A stretch of DNA of 64,000 nucleotides, taken from contig CAZMAK010000001.1 in assembly GCA_964564245.1 (NCBI GenBank), forward strand, positions 48,989-112,988, written 5' to 3'. Below are positions 18,401 through 23,895 of this stretch, one piece after another. A program made the position numbers and the translations under genes. The DNA comes from an uncultured Ectothiorhodospiraceae bacterium (GTDB taxonomy: Bacteria > Pseudomonadota > Gammaproteobacteria > UBA9214). How positions within the stretch are numbered: the first letter of the stretch is position 1; each line of letters begins with the position of its first letter. The notes under the pieces are model-generated. The model ran no database searches, was not told where the DNA came from, and saw nothing but the letters and a program-made list of their open reading frames with translations.

Positions 18401-18983
18401 CGTCCCAGGACGCGGTCACGCGGTGCACTGTCACCGGCAAGGTGTGTTTGAACCGGGTGACATACCAGTGCGCCACGGCGGACACGATCGTGGCACTGGC
18501 CGGGATGCCGGCATTCTCGATGTCGAAGCGGTAGTAGGGCCGGTCGTAGTTGCCGCCGAGCAGGTTGCTTTCCAGGCGCAGCGTGCCGTCGCTGCCGTGG
18601 TTGGCGTTGCCGTTGTTCTTGTCGATCCAGGCATCGTCGCTGACCGGCACACTGACGTTCGAGATCGTACTGCCCACCTTGTTGACAGTGATGGTGGTCG
18701 AATAGTGATGGGCGCCGAACGGCACGCTGGACAGACCGGTATAGGGACCGCAACCGGCTGTATCGATCTGCTGCAGGGTATGTTGCAGGCCGGCCCTGGC
18801 GACGTACTCCGCCTGCGTGTGCCCGGCCACGGTGCCGGTGGCATTGAGTTCGACTGCAGAGCCATGATTGATCATGAAGGCGACCACGGCAACCAGTGCG
18901 ATCAGCAGCACCACCGGCAGCAGCACGAAACCACGCCGGTCGTTTGCACAGGCCACACGCCGTGTCGATCTGACTCGACTCAC
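15477..18983 (-). CDS. giant minor-pilin/adhesin fusion: GspK/PilX-like N-terminus, two carbohydrate-binding-like domains, YWTD beta-propeller, Gly14 linker, C-terminal lectin-like domain
   Basis: N-terminal RRGFVLLPVVLLIALVAVVAF is a pseudopilin-type helix lacking Glu5, as in GspK. Two copies of a beta-sandwich module ending W(D/V)E(A/G)T/S..W.N. Six YWTD/YWT(N/H) repeats (YWTDDVANKIQRSD, LYWTNNYQIRRANLDGSN, MYWTHDNGSSRVMSANLDGS and others), as in LDL-receptor class B propellers. Gly14 tract. Stop overlaps the upstream pseudopilin start. Confidence 0.7.
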   Translation of the reverse strand: MSRVRSTRRVACANDRRGFVLLPVVLLIALVAVVAFMINHGSAVELNATGTVAGHTQAEYVARAGLQHTLQQIDTAGCGPYTGLSSVPFGAHHYSTTITVNKVGSTISNVSVPVSDDAWIDKNNGNANHGSDGTLRLESNLLGGNYDRPYYRFDIENAGIPASATIVSAVAHWYVTRFKHTLPVTVHRVTASWDEATVTWNSIGTSFDASTVASIPAGTPQDQYADVNLTALVQGWVSGAQPNYGVLIVSSTLLGTDTTEFASKEDSDASHRPYLEVRYTDGNLSNRAAVTATGTLDSGASYTIVRNDIPLYQPVSSATLQPGAELQDAFVWAGAHKNTNFGASSILNIKNDRNVLLRFALEVLPPGARITDAHLGLYLEGGSGVSNGRLDLHRVTHAWVEGSFDNQVPPPGAGVTYQSYDGLTAWNNPGGDYDAAVIDSVTLPTMAPGWYEWDVTAQVQDWLDGAPNFGFLLREGGGNAGDIDFTSSDSPAAAQHPQLTLTFACECGVVCQLPQGSGRLLLVVGNAAAPAAADITRKTLFESWGYVVTLIDDGVDQSTMNAAMGANDAVYVSNTVADATLGNRLKRAPIAVITEPAEQYDNLGVADPGSYTVTDSIGIADNTQFITALFPLGVIPLGNLAMEGATVTANPAPGLQALGRLNGATGLSAIEAGAQMFGGGNAVARIISVPVGRAGKFNWDYLNNNGRLLVQRAIQWGMDGVPAVPPKKVYWTDDVANKIQRSDEDGSDVEDVLTGLDRPTGLDIDTVNGKLYWTNNYQIRRANLDGSNSEVVYNDAYVTFDIKLDVAGGKMYWTHDNGSSRVMSANLDGSGATLVNNTLNRPSYLSLDKSAGKMYLTEFGSGRVSSMKVNGSSVTTLTTGPTGAVGSALDLVNGKMYWTGGASNDWIRRANLDGSNMETIVTGLNAPQDIAYDADHDRIYWVDALNQRVQRSDPDGGNVETIVSSGLSRPRGIVLVDADQVPPTGGGGGGGGGGGGGGCSGTYRDDFNAHNYSGNDGTLSWTGDWQEVNEADGAQSGDEWVGADSTASATPGTNQLRVRDNDGGGEGVLREANLAGATTATLSLQYRRNQLDTSSDYVALQVSSNGSAGPWTELTRFQGWGTDYGYRSFSQDISAYISGTTAIRLLSSSTLGWADEVWFDNIQIQCTP
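15991..16034 (-). repeat. (GGN)14-15 trinucleotide tract encoding a poly-Gly linker
   Basis: Forward strand reads ccTCCGCCACCGCCGCCACCGCCACCGCCGCCACCGCCACC. Protein has TGGGGGGGGGGGGGGC. Confidence 0.8.
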
Positions 18984-19939
18984 AGCGCACCCCCGACCTG
19001 TACCCGGGTATCCAGGCTGACGCTCCGGCCACTGACGGGATCGGTCAGCACCAGCGAGATGGTAACGAGCACCGCGCCGGCGGCGGTCGCCGGCAGACGC
19101 TCGACACGAAACCCGCTGACCTGATCGGCAATGGCGGATTCGATGAAATCGCGCCCGTCCACGACGCCGCTGCCATCCACATCCCAGGGCACCGGCTGAC
19201 GGCGGATCAGCTGTGTACCCTTCAGGTAAAACACCACCGGGTCGAGCCAGTCCTCGTTGCTGGCGCCGTCCTCGTCATCGTCGCTGCTGCTGCCCTCGTC
19301 GACCGTCCCGTCCGCGTCATCGTCGACACCGCAGATGCCCGGACAGCCGTCACCGTTGAGATCAGCACCGGGGTCCTCGTCGGTGTTGCTGTCGTTGTCG
19401 TCGTCGATCCCGTTGACCGGATCGAGGTTGGCGGTCGCCGACTCGTCGTCCGAGTCCGCGGCCCCGTTATCGACCCTGCCGTCCCCGTTATCGTCGATCA
19501 GGTAGATCCCGGGCGCCGCGTCGTTGGTCCAGTCGGCCGGCGGGTCCTCGTCGAAACGGCCGTCGCCGTCATTGTCCGCATCGGGCGTGCCGTTGCCGTC
19601 CAGGTCGGTAACATGATCGAGCGTCACCGCGACCACATTGTTGATGTTCTCCGGGTAGGCGGTCGCGGTATCGTCGTTGAGCGGGACCAGCAGGTGCGGA
19701 CTGCGACCGACCGCCTGCACGATCTGGTCCATGGCAAAGCGCGCATCGCGGTTGAGCGCACCGGTCTCCGAAACCGAGTCGAGGGTATCGAGCACCTGGC
19801 CGGTGACGCCGTTCAGGGCGGCAAGCAGTAGCGCGGACAGGGCCAGCGCCAGCAGCAGTTCGACGAGGGTAAAACCGCGCTGGCAGGCAGACCCCGCCCG
19901 GCTGGAAGCGGCGGGCGAGGGCAATATCGGGCTAGTCAT
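18980..19939 (-). CDS. GspJ/PilW-like minor pilin with an Asp-rich thrombospondin-type-3-like calcium-binding repeat insertion
   Basis: Prepilin motif QRG|FTLVELLLALALSALLLA after a 21-aa leader. Central region has 9 or more DxDxDG/DxDGDG-type repeats (DLDGNGTPDADNDGDGRFDED, DDNGDGRVDNG, DDDADGTVDEG). ATG at 19939 overlaps the upstream gene stop by 8 nt. Confidence 0.65.
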   Translation of the reverse strand: MTSPILPSPAASSRAGSACQRGFTLVELLLALALSALLLAALNGVTGQVLDTLDSVSETGALNRDARFAMDQIVQAVGRSPHLLVPLNDDTATAYPENINNVVAVTLDHVTDLDGNGTPDADNDGDGRFDEDPPADWTNDAAPGIYLIDDNGDGRVDNGAADSDDESATANLDPVNGIDDDNDSNTDEDPGADLNGDGCPGICGVDDDADGTVDEGSSSDDDEDGASNEDWLDPVVFYLKGTQLIRRQPVPWDVDGSGVVDGRDFIESAIADQVSGFRVERLPATAAGAVLVTISLVLTDPVSGRSVSLDTRVQVGGAL

Positions 19940-20423
19940 GGGCACTGCGCAGGGTCTCCAGTGCCGTGTCGCCGATCTCCACCCGCAGCCAGAGCAGGTC
20001 CGCCTCGGTGCCGGTAAACGGGTCAGCATCGCCATCCGCGTTGTCGCTGTCGTAACGCGACAGGTAAACATTGCGGGTCACCGTCCTGCCGTCCTGGAAC
20101 GTGACCGTGTCACTGTAACTGCCCGGCGTGACCCGGCTGCCGGCCGCCGTCGCGGCCGCATCCAGCGCGGCAAACGGCTCTGCCAGCAATTCCTCCATCC
20201 GCCCGGCCACCGCAAAGTGATCCTCGACCCGGTTGGCGTGCGCCCCGGCAGCGGCTTCCCCGGGTGACAGGGCCTCCAGTGCCGGCGCCAGCGCCAGCAT
20301 GATCAGCACGATCGCAATCAGCACCTCGACATAACTGATGCCGGCCATGCGGGCGCAACCGGTTTTACGCACCCTGGCCGGGCGTCTCCCGCACGCCGGC
20401 CGCCACGTCGTTACCCGGTTCAT
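19932..20423 (-). CDS. GspI/PilV-like minor pilin
   Basis: Prepilin-like G|ISYVEVLIAIVLIMLALAP with Glu at +5. The ATG forms an ATGA overlap with the stop of the upstream H-like pilin gene. The track ORF extends further upstream. Confidence 0.5.
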   Translation of the reverse strand: MNRVTTWRPACGRRPARVRKTGCARMAGISYVEVLIAIVLIMLALAPALEALSPGEAAAGAHANRVEDHFAVAGRMEELLAEPFAALDAAATAAGSRVTPGSYSDTVTFQDGRTVTRNVYLSRYDSDNADGDADPFTGTEADLLWLRVEIGDTALETLRSAHD

Positions 20424-20962
20424 TGCACGCTCACCCGGCCGCTGCTGCCGTCCAGGGTCAGTACCCGCTGCCGGCCGGCGATCCTGAACACGAGGCTGGC
20501 CTGCTCCAGGAACACCGGGTACGGTTTGCGGCAGTACGGTGTACCGTGGCCGTCGAACAGCGTTTCTCCGGTGCTCGAACAACTGCCGTGGTATCGGGCG
20601 CTGCTGCTGACCGAATCCACGGCCAGGTACGGCTGTGCCGCCAGGTCCACCGTGTAGGGCTGCCTGCTGAGCGGGTCACGCATGTCATACACCGGTGTCG
20701 GCGGGCTGGTAGTCATGTCGGCACTGAACAGGCGGATGGCCGGCGGGTCCGTGGTGATGGCAAAACCATGGGGAATGCCGGTGCGGATCGCCTCGTTGCG
20801 TGCGAAGCGGATGGCGTCGGCAAAGGCCTGGCTGGCGGCATCCAGCCGCTCCGGACCGGTCGACGACAAAAAAGGGATTGCCGCACTCGCGGCAATCCCC
20901 AGTATTGCGATGACAACCAGCAGCTCTACAAGAGTCAGGCCATGACTACGCAACGCCCGCAT
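20420..20962 (-). CDS. GspH/FimT-like minor pilin
   Basis: MRALRSHG|LTLVELLVVIAILGIAA prepilin signal. Size and position after the major pilin fit GspH/FimT. Confidence 0.65.
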   Translation of the reverse strand: MRALRSHGLTLVELLVVIAILGIAASAAIPFLSSTGPERLDAASQAFADAIRFARNEAIRTGIPHGFAITTDPPAIRLFSADMTTSPPTPVYDMRDPLSRQPYTVDLAAQPYLAVDSVSSSARYHGSCSSTGETLFDGHGTPYCRKPYPVFLEQASLVFRIAGRQRVLTLDGSSGRVSVQ

Positions 20963-20995
20963 CGGTACCGGTTCTCATGCATGCGAGGCTGCGGG

Positions 20996-21574
20996 TCAGT
21001 AGGCGTCGAACTGGGTGCCGCTACTGTCCTTGGACGTGTCATCGGCGATGAACTTGCCGGAGGTGGTGTCATAGCGCCAGCCCCCGCCCGCAGCGGCAGC
21101 GGTCATGTCCAGATCCCCGGTGGTCTCGATGGCCACGGTACCGTTGTGGGTCACCGGATTGGCCGGCAGGTCACCCTTGATGTAGGGGCCGAACGGATAT
21201 TCCACGGCAGCCGTATCCGTTGTATCGGAAATGCTGCAGGTCTGACCGGTGGAATTGGAATAGTATTTCAGCTGCTCGACCACCGCTGCCTGGCTGTCGG
21301 CGGCGCCACTGCCGACCGTACCACCGGTGCAGGTACCGCCACTCGAGGCCACCGCACCCGGGAACGCCCCGCTGTGCTGCTGGGTATACAGGTCAATGGC
21401 GCTGCGGATGCCGGACAGGTCGGAACGCAGTGCCGAGGCGGCGGCATCACCCGTCGAGGAGGCGAACTGCGGCACCACGATCGCGGCCAGGATGGCCAGG
21501 ATGATGGCGACGATCAACAATTCAACAAGGGTAAAACCTTCCTGGTTTGCCCTGTTCCCGTGTAGCGTAGTCAT
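20996..21574 (-). CDS. major type IV pilin / pseudopilin (MshA/GspG-like)
   Basis: Leader MTTLHGNRANQEG then FTLVELLIVAIILAILAAIVVPQF. C-terminal Cys pairs. AGGAG RBS 7 nt before the ATG at 21574. First gene of the G-H-I-J-K series. Confidence 0.75.
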   Translation of the reverse strand: MTTLHGNRANQEGFTLVELLIVAIILAILAAIVVPQFASSTGDAAASALRSDLSGIRSAIDLYTQQHSGAFPGAVASSGGTCTGGTVGSGAADSQAAVVEQLKYYSNSTGQTCSISDTTDTAAVEYPFGPYIKGDLPANPVTHNGTVAIETTGDLDMTAAAAGGGWRYDTTSGKFIADDTSKDSSGTQFDAY

Positions 21575-21882
21575 GGTTAACTCCTGTTCGCCCATATAGT
21601 ATGGTTTGGACAAACGGGGTATCGGCAAGTACCCGGGCGGCTTTAAAATATCAGGTTAATTAAGAGCTTCCAGCCACCCACCGCCATGACCGATGCTCTC
21701 CCGGCGAGCAACCGGATTTAACCATATAAACAGTGGGTTATCTATCTTCCGGACCTGGCTGACGGTGGCAAATCGCTTCAGGCTCGCCAGCTTGCAGAGC
21801 TGTGTGCGGGTAACTACTATAGCCCTGCATACGAGAAAACATATTCTTGCGCATACACAATAATGATTACGGAGGCTCTGTC

Positions 21883-22608
21883 ATGCAATTATTACGCACT
21901 GGCTGCGTGGTTCTCGCCTGTCTCGCAGGAGTTTCTCTAGAGGCCAACGCCCTCACCATTGACTTCGGCACGGTTAAGGATGCCAACGTGCAAAGCGACA
22001 GTTCCGGTCCGCTCGGGGGTGGCAGCGCAATCCTCGATCCCTTTACAAACAGTAGCTACAGCATCGATTCCTACATCGGATTTGATATCGCTGACTTTCA
22101 GTCGCTCGGAAACCCGGCTGTCGACGTTTCCCTCGATCTGTATGGCTTTGCTGCAAGAACCTCGCTGGTCCTGAATATCTATGGACTGAACGATCTGGTA
22201 TCTCCCGGCTGGTCAGAAAGCACCATCGACTGGACCAATGCACCCGGAATACAGTCAGATTCGATTGATCCTGCCACAACGACCCTGTTGTTTTCGGGGT
22301 CGGTCAGCTATACAGCGAATAACGTCATCAGCTTCAGTGACAGTTCTTTTGCTGATTTCATTAACAGCGACACAGATGGCCTGGTCACCTTCATTCTCAC
22401 GCAGCCAACCGCTACCAGCGAAAACCACGCATTCAGCAGCAAGGAATCCTCTGGCAATCCCGCTATCGGTCTCCCGGGTGACTATGCGCCCACACTGCAC
22501 ATTACAGCAGCGCCCGTCCCCGCCGCTGTCTGGCTGTTCGGTTCCGGCCTGCTGGGGCTGATCGTTGTGGCGCGGCGCCGGCACCGCGCCTCAGTGCACC
22601 GCCTGTGA
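21883..22608 (+). CDS. PEP-CTERM-anchored secreted protein with a carbohydrate-binding-like beta-sandwich domain
   Basis: Signal peptide MQLLRTGCVVLACLAGVSLEA. Domain ending WSESTIDWTNAPG is the same module as in the giant pilin-adhesin. C-terminus PVPAAVWLFGSGLLGLIVVARRRHR matches the PEP-CTERM sorting-signal architecture (VPxx, TM, RRR). GGAGG RBS before ATG 21883. Confidence 0.6.
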   Translation: MQLLRTGCVVLACLAGVSLEANALTIDFGTVKDANVQSDSSGPLGGGSAILDPFTNSSYSIDSYIGFDIADFQSLGNPAVDVSLDLYGFAARTSLVLNIYGLNDLVSPGWSESTIDWTNAPGIQSDSIDPATTTLLFSGSVSYTANNVISFSDSSFADFINSDTDGLVTFILTQPTATSENHAFSSKESSGNPAIGLPGDYAPTLHITAAPVPAAVWLFGSGLLGLIVVARRRHRASVHRL

Positions 22609-23715
22609 CAGCTTGAAGATCGGCAGGATCAGCGAACTCACGATCAGACCGACCACGGCACCCATGACGATCAGCATGACCGGTTCCACCATGCGCGAGA
22701 AGGTTGCCAGGTTGCGCGCCAGTTCGCGTTCGTAATAGAGCGCGATCCGCCCCAGCACCAGCGGCAGCTTGCCGGTTTCCTCCCCGGTGGTCACCATCTG
22801 GCTCACCATCGGTGGAATGAAACTCGCGGTCTGGAATGCAGCGGAAAAACCGCCGCCCTCGTTGACCGTTTCCTCCAGCCCGGTCAGGAAGCGGCGGAAC
22901 TCCCGGTTGGCAACCACCTCACGGCAGGCGGACAGGGCGTCCGGCACGCTCACGCCATGTTCCAGCGACAGGCCCAGTACCCGCAGCGACTGGATCAGGT
23001 ATATCCGGGTATAGATGTCGCGCAGGCCGAAGGCCGACAGCTTGAACCGGTCGAGCGCGGCACGACCGGCGTCACTTCGAAGCCACCACACCAGCAGGGC
23101 CACTGCAACCGCCACGCCGGCGCCCAGTTCCGGCCAGTACCGGACAAGGAAATGACTGAACCGCATCAGTACCAGCGTGGTGACCGGCAGCTTGTCGGCA
23201 ATGCTGGCAAACATGACGGCGAACTTCGGGAACACCTCCATCAGCACGAACACCACGACAAACAGCGAGAATGCGATCAGGAAGGCCGGGTAGGACAGGG
23301 CGGAAGTCACGGTACGGCGCAGCTCCATCCGCTTCTCGTCCATGTTTTTCAGCTCCAGCAGCACACTGTCCAGAAAGCCGCCCTGCTCCGCGGCCGCGAC
23401 CAGCGTGACGTAACTGACCGGGAACATGTCCGGGAAGTGGGTCAGTGCCCGGGAAAAGGAATTCCCGCTGGTCACCTGTTCCTGCAGCCGGTTGATGATG
23501 GCCGCCATGGCCGGATTCGCGACCTGTTTGCCCAGCGCGTTCAGCGCGGCATGCAGGGGGGTGCCCGTCTCCAGCAACAGCGACAGCTGCTCGGTAAAGA
23601 AGATACGGTCCTGCACACCGGGCCTGTGTCGCGCAAACAGTCGCGTGCGCGGTTTCGGAGTTGCCAGTGCGGCCTTCCGGGCAGTCTCCCGCAACGCGGT
23701 TATTTCAAGCGCCAT
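22591..23715 (-). CDS. type II/IV secretion platform protein (GspF/PilC/MshG family)
   Basis: Two T2SS-F repeats and three TM segments. Conserved C-terminus GE(E)TGKL...L...YYERE. Confidence 0.85.
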   Translation of the reverse strand: MALEITALRETARKAALATPKPRTRLFARHRPGVQDRIFFTEQLSLLLETGTPLHAALNALGKQVANPAMAAIINRLQEQVTSGNSFSRALTHFPDMFPVSYVTLVAAAEQGGFLDSVLLELKNMDEKRMELRRTVTSALSYPAFLIAFSLFVVVFVLMEVFPKFAVMFASIADKLPVTTLVLMRFSHFLVRYWPELGAGVAVAVALLVWWLRSDAGRAALDRFKLSAFGLRDIYTRIYLIQSLRVLGLSLEHGVSVPDALSACREVVANREFRRFLTGLEETVNEGGGFSAAFQTASFIPPMVSQMVTTGEETGKLPLVLGRIALYYERELARNLATFSRMVEPVMLIVMGAVVGLIVSSLILPIFKLSQAVH

Positions 23716-23725
23716 GCGGGTGACT

Positions 23726-23895
23726 CCTGGGAGCCTGTCGGGCCTGGGCGATCGTAGCGAGCCGTGTGGGAGAACGAGGCCATTTTTCCGATCGTTCGAG
23801 GAGAATAGCCGTCGCTATTTGACGAGGAGGAGCGGAACAATGGACCGCTGTCCCACCGGCGCAGTAGATCAGTCCCAGGTCCGACAGGCTCCTAG
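23726..23895. mobile_element. MITE/REPIN-like element (about 170 bp) with 21-bp terminal inverted repeats
   Basis: CCTGGGAGCCTGTCGGGCCTGG (23726-23747) and its near-perfect inverted copy CCAGGTCCGACAGGCTCCTAG (23875-23895) bound the ATPase-platform intergenic region. 19 of 21 positions match. The left repeat contributes part of the platform gene RBS. The right repeat contains the ATPase stop codon. Confidence 0.55.

Noticed and set aside
15954-19124. Long antisense ORFs (for example 15954-17012, 17793-19124, 18064-19032) overlapping the giant adhesin gene.
   Set aside because: Typical high-GC antisense open frames. They have no RBS or start context, their composition is the mirror of the real gene, and they are fully contained in a gene with strong domain evidence.
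21575-21846. Looked for a sigma-54 promoter upstream of the major pilin gene, as with PilR-dependent pilA promoters.
   Set aside because: The only GG-N10-GC candidate (reverse complement of about 21661-21680) has poor -24 (TGGGTG) and -12 (GGAAGCT) elements. Not reportable.
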